DNA of 64,000 nucleotides from Eledone cirrhosa (Eukaryota): positions 277,016,001 through 277,080,000 of the forward strand of contig OZ024740.1 in NCBI GenBank assembly GCA_964016885.1. The letters are read 5' to 3'. Position 1 is the first letter of the stretch, and every line of letters starts with the position of its first letter. A model generated the notes under the pieces. That model worked only from the letters and a program-made list of their open reading frames with translations. It made no database searches and was not told the origin of the DNA. Positions 26,097 through 40,731 of the stretch are shown piece after piece. The position numbers were made by a program, and so were the translations under genes.

Positions 26097-26241
26097 GACT
26101 GGTCCACGGAGAGGACGACTGAGCAACTAGCTGCCTCCACCTTGGCCAGTCGCCCTCAAAGGCAGCTAGTTGGTCAGTCGTCCTCTCTGTCTCTGATTTT
26201 TCGGACCCATGTTTTTTACATATTCCTTTGTTATATTTCGA

Positions 26242-26299
26242 ATACCTGATGTTATCACCGGATTCATATGGAACCCGGTCATTGAAATGATCATAGTAT
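26242..26299 (+). ncRNA. Type I hammerhead motif (A9U variant) in a PLE-like 3' end (26098-26345)
   Basis: atac CTGATGt ...accgg...ccggt... GAAA tgatca TA gtat, followed by aataaa and (TA)n. Confidence 0.65.
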
Positions 26300-26338
26300 A
26301 ATAAACCTTTCAAGGATTTACACCAGTCCAACCTCCTG

Positions 26339-26387
<49 letters not shown>

Positions 26388-26547
26388 GAAATAAACACAG
26401 TAAATTCTGCGTCTAAAATTACGAGGGTATATTTTACCACAAATGTTTTATATATTTAAACTGAAGCATACAGTAAGATACAAGATTTCCTATACATACC
26501 GTCTCTATAACGCAGAATTTACTGTGTTTATTTCTACATATATTAAT

Positions 26548-27010
26548 AATATAATTGTTTCTATTTTTAGGCACAAGGCCAGCAATTAACCAGTACATTA
26601 CTGGTACTTTATTTTATCGACCCCGTAAGGATGAAAAGCAAAGTTAACCTCGGCAGGATTTGAACGCAGATCATTAAGGGACGTAACTCTATGCTTCAAA
26701 GCATGGTGTCCGACTCTCTACCGATACTGCCAATCCACCGTGCCAACCCACATATATTAATAATATAATTGTTTCTACTTTAGGCACAAGGCCAGAAATT
26801 GCCCAGTACACTACTGGTACTTTATTTTATCGACCACGTAAGGATGAAAGGCAAAGTTAACTTCGGCGGGTTTCGAACTCAGACTGTAAAGGGACGTAAC
26901 TATGCTAGAAAGCATGGCGTCCAACCCTCTACCGATACTGCCAATAATATAATTGTTTTTACTTTTGGCACAAGGCCAGCCAATTACCCAGTGCATTACT
27001 GGTACTTTAT
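26548..27010 (-). mobile_element. Three tandem SINE copies (two nearly full, one 3' part)
   Basis: Reverse SINE consensus; each copy preceded by aataatataattg. Confidence 0.88.
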
Positions 27011-27054
27011 CATTAAAGGACTTTAACATCTGAAACTACTTCGTATTTTCTGAT

Positions 27055-27144
<90 letters not shown>

Positions 27145-27251
27145 TGTGGTTCATCAAAAACCTACAGAATTATTTCACCGCTTGATGAGACAGCATCTAC
27201 TATATTCGGACACTGAGTACAATAGCACCCTCAACACATCAGCTAATTTAC

Positions 27252-27288
<37 letters not shown>

Positions 27289-27379
27289 CCACACACATAC
27301 ACACACACACATATATATGTATACAGATATTTATTATACTGCTGTTGAAGTTTAAATGCGCTTTTGGGGGGACACCCTG

Positions 27380-27434
<55 letters not shown>

Positions 27435-27490
27435 CCAACCCATGCTAGCGTGGAAAATGGACGTTAAACGATGATGATGATGATGATGAT
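27435..27490 (+). mobile_element. 3' tail of an octopus OK-type SINE
   Basis: ccaacccatgctagcgtggaaaatggacgttaaacgatgatgatgatg; family recognised from memory. Confidence 0.6.
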
Positions 27491-28047
27491 ATATATCACT
27501 AACAACAACACGTGCCTTCTCTGCTCCCTAGCTTCTTGTTGTTCCTACTTTGCTTACTCTCCTCAACCTTTCCATTTCTTCTCTCTTCCAGGCATCCTCT
27601 TTCTTCTCTCACTCCCCCCCCCCTCTCTCTCTCTCTTCCTCTCTCTTTCTCTTTTTACCTTTTAATGACGGACTAACGCCCGAAACGTCAAAACTCTTGT
27701 ATTATCTGAAGAGTCAAACTATATGTCATTATTGTATTTTTCTCTGACAAATTTCATCTCCGTGGGCTTTTGCTGTCTCCATGGAAGTATATGCATTTAT
27801 TTCTGTCTTTTGTATGAACAGACATGGCGTCTCTGCTTTAGATTCTAGCTGAAGCTTTATGTCTACAAATAGAGTCTTATTACGACATTTTTCGTACTAG
27901 TCTGGATTTTAAATGTTAGTGTAGTGTTGTTTCTTAGGTCTTTTAAAATCGTGATGTCTTTTGTCGTGTTCATTATGACGACTATAGTATTCGGATCTCT
28001 GATGTATATGGTATGGTTATGTTTTAGAATTATTTTTTCACACAAAA

Positions 28048-28233
28048 TACGAGTGTCGGCTGAAAAGTTGGTAGATACTCTCATGGAATGGCGAAATGAG
28101 GTTTATTTTCCAACATAGTCCCTGAAAAGAAACAATACAGTTATTAATAAGAATATTTGAAATTAATGCATGCAAGGTTTCCCAGCTCTAGCATCACTCC
28201 TTCATAGTCACCCTAGGAACCTTTCAACCGACC

Positions 28234-28240
<7 letters not shown>
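28048..28240. mobile_element. Mariner-like MITE (partial second copy at ~28300-28415)
   Basis: tacgagtgtcggctgaaaagtt ... aacctttcaaccgaccctcata TIRs with TA ends; internal match to 40081 and 58630. Confidence 0.75.
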
Positions 28241-28293
<53 letters not shown>

Positions 28294-28874
28294 CACACAC
28301 ACAAGGATCGGTTGAAAAGTTCATATGCTGACCAAGATACTCCCATGGAAAGCCTAAACGAGGTTTATTTTTCAACATAGTCTCTGGAGAGAAACAACGC
28401 CGTTATTAATAAGAAAGTGCATACGCTAATATGGTTTATAAAAACAAACTTTAAGTTGTAATGGTAAAGAATTGTTAAAATGCACATATAATAAAATGGT
28501 ATCTTGATAAGTACCTGGTTTAATGATAAAAGTATATTTGTTGTCTGTTCAATACAAAGCTTGACCACTTCAGTGTACATGGGGCTTAATTCTGGCATGA
28601 GATTTTATGTGGCATTTTAGACAATACACTTTTAAAAAGCGGTCCACATGAATTGCTTATTAGTTTTAGTGCATCTTTGACTGCCTGTGTCTCTTGATGA
28701 ACCTTGAATTGTCTCCTTAGACCTCTTGAGATTTGAAAAGATTGTGAAATTTATAAGGATGAACTGTTTTTTTAATATTCTATACTCAGAAGGGAGTTCC
28801 CTATTGTGTGTTTTAGTTGAGATTGAAGTCCAGATTCTGCCACAAACTGTATAAGCAGAAAACATTCCATTAAT

Positions 28875-29056
28875 GATAATGGTTTCTACTTTAGGCACAA
28901 GGCCAGCAATTACCCAGTGCATTACTGGTACTTTATTTTACCGACCCCGTAAGGATGAAAGGCAAAGTCAACCTCGGCGGGATTTGAACTCAGATCGTAA
29001 AGGGACGTAACTATGCTGGAAAGCATGGCGTCCGACCCTCTACCGATACTGCCAAT
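28875..29056 (-). mobile_element. SINE, short form
   Basis: Reverse SINE consensus. Confidence 0.88.
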
Positions 29057-29910
29057 GGTATATATATATATATATATATATTTATCATACATGAACAAAG
29101 CATTAATGATAATACTATGTGAGTTCTGCACAGCGTCGGATGGTGGCATGGAGTTCGACGAGGTGATCCGCGTTGGGTGACGAGTTGGGGAGGGTGAAGC
29201 AATTCCTCAGAAGGAAGAGCGCTGGGTGCGCGTTAATGAGGCATTATCTCTCGATATCCTCGTCAGGTCTGCATGCTTGGTCTCCAGGCACTCTAATATG
29301 GCTTTCGGGGTGGTTGGCGTGCCGAAAATGTAGACGACGTCTTTCGGCTTTAACTGAACCTCAGCCATGAGAGCCTGGAAGCTAAGTAGTGCGTCTTGAA
29401 ATATCTGTTATAAATTATGTTGGGGTTCATTTAATAGAGAATATGGTTTTAATCTGGTTATTAATTTGAGTTCTTTACCGAACGAAAATCAGTTTCTAAA
29501 TAATTATTTATCAATGGTACATTTGAAAAATGAAGAGAAGTGAAGGAAAATGGAGATAAGATTAATGGAATTGATTTGGGCTTTTACAATTGTTAGGTAA
29601 TCTAGCGTAGGTGTACTATATGGTAAACTGACTGCCTTTATAGGCAAACCACATTAGACTATTTAGTATATTTATATTTAGTACATCTAGTAGGACTAAT
29701 TGGCCGAAAGGCAATGAGAGTATTAAGAAATAGTATTATATTATATGAAGATGGTGAATGTTGGATAGGAAAGGGAAGAAGGAAAACGATTTAAAAATTA
29801 CGTATGAATTATAAGGTGTAAAGGATAAAGCTAAAACCTAAAGATTATGCTATAGATAAATGGATATGAAAGTTACACACTACGGACATAATGTACTTAT
29901 ATGTGAATAC

Positions 29911-29966
<56 letters not shown>

Positions 29967-30522
29967 ATGTGTGTATGTGTGCACTAACGATAGCATAAGG
30001 CTCGAAATCTATAGGAGTGTAAACTTGGTGAAACTGCGGTATTCATTCTATTCTACTGATCATCGATGATAAACGAAATCGAAAATAATTAATAACATAA
30101 TGGTCTGTCTGAATGTATAGACATTTATGACCCATTGTAATTAAGCAGACTGGTAATGTTTCCACTGATAATACTCTTATTGCTAATGGTTTTACTGCTA
30201 CCAATAATGTTCAGTTCTTGTCCCCACACGTAGATTTCTCTATTTTATCTTTCTTTATCTCTTCAAACATTATTAATAACCGTCACACCCCACATTCCTA
30301 GTTTTTTCCTTTCTTCTTTTCTGTGGTTTTTCCCCTTTTATTTCTTCGTTGTTTTTGTCTTCTGTTTCACCGCCTATCCCTTAGGCATGATAATTATTAT
30401 TATTTGTTTCCGTCTTCTACTTATGGATTTATACACACACACACACACATATGCATATATATATATATATATATGTGTGTGTGTATGTATTATTACTAAA
30501 TATATATATGTATATATATACA

Positions 30523-30597
<75 letters not shown>

Positions 30598-31244
30598 GAT
30601 GATGGCTGCCCCCTCGTTATCGAGTAAGGCCATTGCACGATATACCATTATTAATAATTATTAATTAATTCTATCGTGCAATGCCTGTGCGTGAAGATAT
30701 TTTTTAAAGTGAGGAAAGACTGTGCACTGAGCCAATCCCACTCTGTGAGCGACAGTAGCTATAACCCTAAAAGAAGAAAAGATCAACATCATCGGTAACT
30801 ACTGAGCCGCAGGTTTTATATTGGAGTTATCCCAGTTTCCTGAGTTGCCTTCTCCTAGAAGAATGCCCCGAGAAAGGCTATGGGTCCTTCACTTCCAGTG
30901 GTTTAACCGCGCGATCGGGTATCCAGCCCGACTATTTCTACGCCCCCGCTCATATACACACACATGCGCATGTATATACACATATACATAAACATACCTA
31001 TGTACATATGTATAGACATATTTACACACTTTTGGATGGCCGTTGACTCTTATGAGTTCTTCCACCCTTTGTCAGGTTTTGTTTTTTGTCCTGCAGGGTG
31101 TCCAAAATCACCCTCCTCGCGAAGTTAGCTTGGTGGGGTTACCGGTTTAGTCGCCGACGACCCGACCATGCGACAGGTTGCCAGTAGCACTCAAGAGTGA
31201 CCCGACATAATATACATACATATATATATAGTTACATAATACTT

Positions 31245-31313
<69 letters not shown>

Positions 31314-31319
31314 AGGGTC

Positions 31320-31534
31320 GGGACCCGAAGGCTGAGCTGTTGCGTTTCAATAGCTAGTCTGGAACTAGGTGGTGAAACGGCAGGAGCTCAAGCCGTCCGG
31401 TTCTTATAACATAACCGTACTTTACTAACCCAAGTACCGAGTATTCTGTAGAGTAATGGTCTAACGAGTTTCAAACTGAATCCATTCTGATACATGCACA
31501 CACACACACACACACACACTCACACACACACACA

Positions 31535-31626
<92 letters not shown>

Positions 31627-31825
31627 TATACATATATCTATTATAACGAGTCGGCTGAGCTCTTGACGTTTCAACAGCTAATCTGGAACTAGCAGTTGAA
31701 ACGGCAAGAGCTCAGCTGTCGGGTGCAGACTCTTTATATCATAACTGTATATAACTCTGCTATCCCATATATCCAGTATTCTGTTGAGTAATGGTCTAAC
31801 CAGTTTCAAACTGGATCCATCCTGT
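31320..31825 (+). repeat. Two diverged direct copies (~31320-31490, 31645-31825) of a hairpin-headed module separated by (CA)n
   Basis: ggctgagct...gtttcaa.agcta.tctggaactag...gaaacggca.gagctc and gtattctgt.gagtaatggtctaac.agtttcaaactg occur in both; related to 42660-42846 and 49835-49910 on the minus strand. Confidence 0.7.
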
Positions 31826-32121
31826 TATAGTTAATTATATATATATATTGTTTCTACTTTAGGCACAAGGCCAGCAATTACCCAGTGCATTACTGGTACT
31901 TTATTTTATCGACCCCGTAAGGATGAAAGGCAAAGTCAACGATTATTCCTTCATTGCATTTATTGATAGGTGACGCGCGTTTCGCCACTGATCAGCTCAA
32001 GGTTCGATCTATATCGATCCTACCCGACTCAATTATCCGCAGCTCGACGGACCTGTATATATATATATATATATATATCAAAATGAAAATCCGAGGGCAA
32101 GGTAAAATTCCAATCATTTAA

Positions 32122-32195
32122 TCACGACACATGTTTCAATAAGAGATAGATCGATTGTGAAGCCATGATCGATTATCACTGAACTCATCAGGTGA
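32122..32195 (-). ncRNA. Type I hammerhead motif inside the inverted-repeat module 32080-32358
   Basis: Minus strand: tcac CTGATGA [long helix II] GAAA catgtg TC gtga. Confidence 0.72.
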
Positions 32196-32556
32196 AAATG
32201 AATTGTCTTCAAACTCTTGATATGAGGGAGAAAAATAACGATGTTCTCTCACAGCATTCATTCCCTCATATGAAGACACACCAGTCAGAGACACGGCGAG
32301 ACACATGTGTCGTGATTAAATGATTGGAATTTTACCTTGCCTTCGGATTTTCATTTTAATACTTATACTCCGTTTTACATCATCTAGCTGTTTCCTTGAA
32401 TGAAATTGGAGATATACAAAAGCGTGGAGAACTTAATATTGCTAACATAAATGTATTGGACCGTTTTACACAACCAATAATGCACCTTACTATATAACAA
32501 CTATATATATATATATGTGTGTGTGTATTGTGTGTGTGTGTGTGTGTGTGTGTGTG

Positions 32557-32596
<40 letters not shown>

Positions 32597-33467
32597 ATGT
32601 GTATGTGTGTGTGTGTGTCTATATGTATATATATATATATACTTATATATGTGTGTTTGGAAGCAAGTGTGTGATTGAATGTCTATTGTGCAGACAGACA
32701 TGATTAAGAATTCAGATATATAATCACGAGTTTCTCGATACAATAGCACTACCTTGCACCTTTGAGATGAATCAAACTGCGACATTGATATCGGGTAAAG
32801 GAAAACGTTGCGAAAAGGCTGTTTAATGGACTGTAATTCTAATTCTGGGAACAAAACTTTTGCACACAGCGAACGCTAATTCTACCTGGGGGCTACATTA
32901 AGGGTGCATAAGTGTATGTAGAATATTAAGATGTTGCACAATAATAAAATGAATGGGTAGTTGAGTTGATCATCTAACTAGAATTGTTATCGACGAAACC
33001 TTAAGATGAGCCATTAAATCAAATGAAATCTACGTACGTATATGTTATACATGTTTGTCTGTTCACGCGTGTGAAACATAAGCTGATTCCAGCTTATAAA
33101 CTATAACAATGCTGAATCATTATCAGATATTTCTATTTGTTAAATACATATATAAATACAAACATATATCGCATATACTCGATATAACGTGCTCCTCCAT
33201 TTTACATACGTTTCCAATGTACCAGATACTTTGAACTGATGTATTGCAGGTTCAGTATATAAATCGCATGTATATTTTACACGTCATACTTTCATGGAAA
33301 AGCATGCAAGTTATACATGACTGTATACAATATACATATATATATATATAAAACCATATTTATTTTATTATATATTTCAAGGGTACCAAGACACATCGGT
33401 ACACATTGGTACTATCCAGTGAATTTCCAACCGATAAGGTATGTCTCTATTTATAAAACAAACTTTG

Positions 33468-33503
33468 TATTTTATCTGATGAAAGCGTACCAATGTACCC
33501 TTG

Positions 33504-33515
<12 letters not shown>
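33468..33515 (+). ncRNA. Hammerhead motif whose 3' helix I strand is replaced by (TA)n
   Basis: tattttat CTGATGA aagcgtac caat gtaccctt GAAA tatata; same family as 42535 and 49702. Confidence 0.65.
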
Positions 33516-33561
<46 letters not shown>

Positions 33562-33634
33562 ATGTGTGTGTGTGTATGTGTGTGTGTGTGCGCGCGTGTG
33601 TGTGTGTGTGTGTGTGCGTGTGTGCGAGTGTGTA

Positions 33635-33666
<32 letters not shown>

Positions 33667-33699
33667 GAGAGAGAGGGGTAAAGAGGGAGAGAGGGGGAC

Positions 33700-35483
33700 A
33701 TAGATAGATACAACGGGTGAAGGCAAAGTTGACAAAAGCGGGATTTGAATACAGAATGTAAAGAGCCGGAATGAATACCGCAATGGCATCTTATCTCCCA
33801 CAATATACATTCTACTAAACCACAAGTTTGGAGAAGAGAGATAGGTCTATTATGTCAACCCCTGGTACTTAACTAGTGCTTTATTTTGTCGGCCCCCGAA
33901 TTGTGAACGGCAGGAGTTAAGCCCAGCGTGATAGGAACACAGAATATAATAACCCAGCACAAATAATGATTTCTACTTTAGGCACAAGGCCAGAAATTTG
34001 AGAGAGGGAAAAGTCGATTAAATCGACCCCAATGCATTACTGGTACTTTATTTTATCGATCCCATAAGGATGAAAGGCAAAGTGAACTTCGGCGGGATTT
34101 GAACTCAGAACGTAAAGAGACTTAACTATACTGCGAAGCAATGTATCCGACGCTCTACCGATTCTGCCAATCCATCGCGCTCACCCAGTACATAATGCAA
34201 AGCAATATGTCCGACTCGCTAACGATTCTGCTAATCCACCAGCCTATTGTAACCAATTATTACCTCCAAAGTGAAGACTTTCTGATTCAATAAAATTGAG
34301 CCATTTTTACGTTGTATAATGGAATAACGTAAAAGGCGGTGGATTGGCAGTATCGGTAGAGCTTCGGACATAAATGTTTTACAGCATAGAGTTAAGGCCC
34401 TTTACAGTCTGATTTCAAATCCCTGAAATGTTAGCTTTGCCTTTTATCCTTAAGGGGTCGATAAACTAAAACATTAGTTATGTACTGGAGTTGGTTTATT
34501 TGAATTTCTCCTCCCCTAAATTTGTTGACCTTGTGTCTTTCATCCTTACGGGGTCGAGAAAATAAAGTTCTAGTAATGCACTGGGTAATTGCTGGCCCTG
34601 TGCCAAAAGTAGAAACAATTATTATAATGGAATAACGTAATTTGAAATCAAACAAAAATTTACATAAATAATAAATAAAAATGGTAATTTCATGGTGTTA
34701 TGTTTATTTTGATGATTGAGTCCAGAGTGAATATATATTCAATGATATATAATTACAAAGACTATTTAGTCGAATGCAAAGGCTTGTTCTATAATAGTCT
34801 TGCATATGTTATGAACAAATCTTTAAACATAAATCACCATGATTACTGAAAACTACAACCCTTTATTTGAGGGTGTAAGAAGAAAATAATAGTTATAGTA
34901 TTCAAGGAAAACTATAATTTTGTAGATCCAATGTAGAGTTAGTCTTTCTACAAGCATTGTCAATAACTGGTAGAGATGAGTATTGAGCTTCTAAATAAAG
35001 TTTCTACATCAATTGTATTAGTTCTTATGACAAAATTTCATTAGAAAAAAACAATGAAGTAACAGCAAAACGGGCTCTACGTGGTAGAATGCTTTGCTAG
35101 AATCAACAAACAAATTTGGCTCACATTCCTCCCTACCGGCTGAAAGGAAAAAAGGCACATTTGACAATTTAGTCCTAGGCAACTCTACAAAAGAGGAGGA
35201 ATTTGTAGCTGGAATGCCTATGATTAATCATGTCTACTCAATCGAGGTGGACCCGGGGCTAAACAACAAAATAACAATAACGGATGTGATTAGAAAATAA
35301 TTGTTTCTACGTTTGGCACAAGGCTAGCAATTATCCCATTATATAACTGGTACTTTATTTTATCGACCCCCTAAGGATGAAAGGCAAAGTTAACCTCGGC
35401 GTGATTTGAACTCAGAATGGAAGGAGCCGTAACTCAATACTGCAAACATGGTGTCCGACCCTATACTGATACTGCCAATCCAT
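33700..35483. mobile_element. SINE cluster (minus ~33700-33950, 33960-34240, 35297-35483; plus 34335-34625)
   Basis: SINE consensus matches of varying divergence. Confidence 0.8.
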
Positions 35484-36192
35484 GGCAATTATCTCGATCG
35501 AGCCCAAAATAAAATATAAGGTGTGTCGCAAATTCGATTTATATAAAATTGATCACTATCTGACTAGATTAAAATACACTTTTATTCAAGGTACTCCTCG
35601 AGGAATAGAACTCAAAGGCACAAGGTTTCAAAGCACATTTAGTAACAACAGAGCATGAGTATATTCTTTTGTGGGTCGGAATATTAGCAGAATCTGCGTA
35701 TTTTATATCAGAATTCATTTTTAAAAGTATTAAAAGACCTACATTCATCATTTACTTATTGATTATATTTATTTACTGGACAAATACCTACTTTGCTAGT
35801 AATTAATCTTCTGAGTAAAACTTCTAAAGAGAAATTAATTCAAAGTATGAAAACCTTGATTATCCGGTAGAGATTATTACTTTCCTTTAACTTTCCCAAT
35901 AGATTATCATCGCTTTTGTGGCTTGCTTTACAATGTCTTTCATTCTTCTGCGAATCTCAATGATTACATTTCATTTTTTTTCGTCCATTCTTTAAAGAAA
36001 AAGGAAAAATGAATAACGAAAGTGAAGAGAAAGAAAAGAGGCAGGAATACAGAAGGCAGTAAAAGTGCACAGGAAATTTAAAAAAAAAACGGATGGCATA
36101 TTTATACTTTTTCAAGAATATATATAAATATACACACTTACACACACACATATATATATATATATATCCCTTCTAGTCACTATATATATATG

Positions 36193-36295
<103 letters not shown>

Positions 36296-37319
36296 TGACT
36301 AGAAGGGATATATTTACGTATGTATTTTAATTCCAATGTGTTATTTTTTAAAAATCTTTATGGTATTCTTTCTTAATGACAGAGCTGTATTTTTCAGGCA
36401 TATGATGATAAATAGACTACACCTTATTCTTATCTGAATGTCGGGTGTGGGCGAAAATGTCTGCTAGTTTTGTTATAAGGAATAGTCTGAACATTTAGAG
36501 GCTTACTAACACAGTTTCCTTTCCTTTTCCTCTTACTAGTCATCCAATAATAAATAATATATTCTTTACCTCTATACGATCGACCTATAAAGGAATATCT
36601 CTTTAATTACCACGTCTGACCTAATTAGACGAATTACATAAATTTCCAAAAATGGTAACTAATAATAACGCCATGGCCACAGGCGGCAACATAACCCCAA
36701 ACCATTATACTTCGAGCTCGCCTCCTTTTATTGTCTCCCCATACAAAACATAATGAAATATTATGAGCACTTTGGCGATAGCAACCGTTCCTTCAAAATA
36801 AAATACATACTAAACGAGATATAGTTTCACAGTTGTAAATAGCAAATAGATTGGTTATTCGTTGAGAAGTATATTCACCATATACCTACTTGATTAAGCT
36901 CAATAATGTACGGATAGATGTTGTAATAAGGAAACTAAGCTCAAATATGCTTCAATAGTTTGCCATTAAAATGGCGCCCGTCTTATTTTAAGTCCTAACA
37001 TTTAGAAGTAAAGCAAGATATTTCGATGTTAAAACAGTAAATGAATGCTTAGTTAGATAAGTTACTCAACACCTGAACGGCTCAATAAGAACAACAATAG
37101 CTACAACATCGACATTAGATATAACACAGCTAATACATCGACAGTAAAAATAACACAAAATCACATGTAAATCATGGAGTAAATAAATATATGGAGGTCA
37201 ACAAGATCCTTTACCTCATTTGCTTACCGAGTGGGGTGGAGTTCGTCAAATCAGACCAAAGAAACAATGTTTCAATTGTTCTTTTTATTGCTGATACTAT
37301 CTAACGGTCACAACCCCTG

Positions 37320-37440
37320 GAAAGAGCAACATGAAATAAAGTGTCTTGTTTAAGGATATATCGCCACGCCGGGTCCGAAACTCGAACTCAAAACCTAACG
37401 ATTGCGAATCCAATTCTTTAAACACTAAGCCAACGGCCTA
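37320..37440 (-). mobile_element. 5' part of a different tRNA-derived SINE
   Basis: Minus strand has A/B-box-like ttggcttagtg...gagttcgagtt followed by ccttaaacaagacacttta (V/Meta-SINE-like core). Confidence 0.5.
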
Positions 37441-37537
37441 CCCAAATAAAAATATAAATCTTGCAACATTAACAAAACAAAACTATAAAAACTTATTCTG
37501 TTAATGGGTATGTCAGAGAGGTTGGACAGCACTCGTG

Positions 37538-38602
<1,065 letters not shown>

Positions 38603-39071
38603 TTGGTAAACGAAAAAGAAAATGCTGACAAATTGTTCACAGTGAAAAATAGTTTAATTAGGAATAAGTGAAAATTAGTAATAGTATTGGTTAGTATTCA
38701 GTTTTGGTTTTAAGTTTTACCGGTTGGGCATTTCTAATGCTTTTCAAAAATAATGTTGAGATAGAGCGCCCGTGATGTTTGCTCTAATCTGATTAGTTTT
38801 GGAAATTCTACCTGTTTTTATGTGAAAAAAGTGGCTCCAGATGTATTAAAATAAGTTTCGCGCCAATTCGTGTTGCAAAAATTCTTGTGGTCAAAACAAT
38901 TTTGATTGGTCGGTAGAGGTCATGTGAATGTTAAAAATTGATTTTGCGCCAAATGTAGGTTTGTGTCGGCTGATTGAGAAGTCACTGAAAAATAAGTCTT
39001 TCAAAACAAATATGTGTGTGTGTGTGTAGTAGTCGTAAAGAGGTTCGTTGTTGTGATAATGGTCAGCAGAG

Positions 39072-39127
<56 letters not shown>

Positions 39128-39539
39128 GATTGTGCATGTGTGAGTTAATGTGCTTGTGTGACTATCTATCAGTGGTGTATGTCAGTGTAAGATGTAGACA
39201 ACATCAAGAAAACTGAATAATTTACAAAATCAATCTCTTGAGATATTTGTTCTGCAGCGAGTTAATACATCACTTGTCGCTCATGGCGTCAGAAATGCAA
39301 TGAACAAATAATTGGCTTGTTGGATCGAAATAACAAACGACACAATATTTTATAAATTGGTATACATAGTAACTAAATATAACAAGAAACCTATGTTGTA
39401 ACTAAATGCAAATTTTCTGATTAAACACTTTTTCCGTGACACTATAGAAAGAAGAAGAAAATACAAAACACATGATATTGGCCTTAGAACTCATTGTGTA
39501 TTGTTTAAAGCTCAATTGTCCTTTCCTAACGTGACAGAG

Positions 39540-39900
39540 ACTGGCGCAGCCTTCTGAATAGGATCTGCTTTCAGTCGGTCTAGCACGTAATGCAATATTT
39601 GTCTCTTAATCTGCAAAGCCATAGCTGTTAATGGTCTCCAATCCAGTGTCCAGTTTACCCGAACTTACTGCATTTTATGCAATCAATGCAATGCTTTTTA
39701 TATAGGTGAGTTCATCCACTATCAAGGTGCTCAGTTCTAAGGACACCTCCTGTATACTTGCAATTCCATTTGTGGCACCCATAAACCATAGTCTCACCAC
39801 GACTTCAATATAACTGGTGATTCTCTCATCGTCACTTTCTCTTTCGAGCTTGGTTCGACTGAGAACCTCGAATCTTAGCGGCAGTAACACCCACCTCCCA
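39540..39900 (+). pseudogene. Decayed Penelope-like GIY-YIG endonuclease fragment
   Basis: YCILCNQCNAFYIGE at ~39667-39710. Confidence 0.65.
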
Positions 39901-39936
39901 ATTTTCTATATTTTTCACCCATTCATATCCCAAACA

Positions 39937-40013
<77 letters not shown>

Positions 40014-40081
40014 ATATGTACATACAGTTCATGAAAGTTGTATAGATTGGACTACATTAGTCAACAACTTACAATTCTATA

Positions 40082-40240
40082 TACGAGGGTCAGCTGAAAC
40101 GTTCATAGACTGACCAATGTATTCTCATGGAATGACCAAATGAGGTTTATTTGTCAACATAGACTTTGGAAAGAAACAATGCTGTTATTAATAAGAAAAG
40201 TTGAAAATAATGTATGCAAAATTTCACTGCACTTGCATCA
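40082..40240. mobile_element. Mariner-like MITE, one end
   Basis: tacgagggtcagctgaaacgttcatag; matches 28048 and 58630. Confidence 0.7.
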
Positions 40241-40674
40241 TACCCACGTAGAATTTTGCACAAAACAAGGCGAACAAATTTGGAGTCCCTACTGAATATT
40301 TTTTACCAAAAGCGAGTTTGGTGTTGTCAGCACACATCTTATAGAATGGCTGATAAATGTCTAATAGATTTTCAGTACACAGTTATTATACAACAATTTG
40401 TTGAAGTGTATGTTACACAAAGTTGTAGAAATGTCCGTATAAGTTGAAAGAATTCTCGGGCGTGAGCGGGCAAGACTGATTACCTTCTGGTGGTTTTTTT
40501 TTTTCAAGTTTTTTTTTTTCCGTCTTTCCTCTTCTTACTCTTTATCTTTCGATTTCATCTTTTATTTTTCATCCTATCTGCTGACGAAGAACTAGTGTCC
40601 GAATCCATAAGATTCTTTTCCTATTATTTCAAGCGTAAAACCAATATGTTTCTTTATTGTACTGTGTCGTTTGC

Positions 40675-40731
<57 letters not shown>

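Noticed and set aside
30595-31205. RTE-like UTR or SINE fragments
   Set aside because: Resemblance from memory only; could not be supported or delimited without a repeat library search
31968-32002. Possible hammerhead on the minus strand (gaaacgcgcgtc)
   Set aside because: No properly spaced CUGANGA core; at most a 3' half
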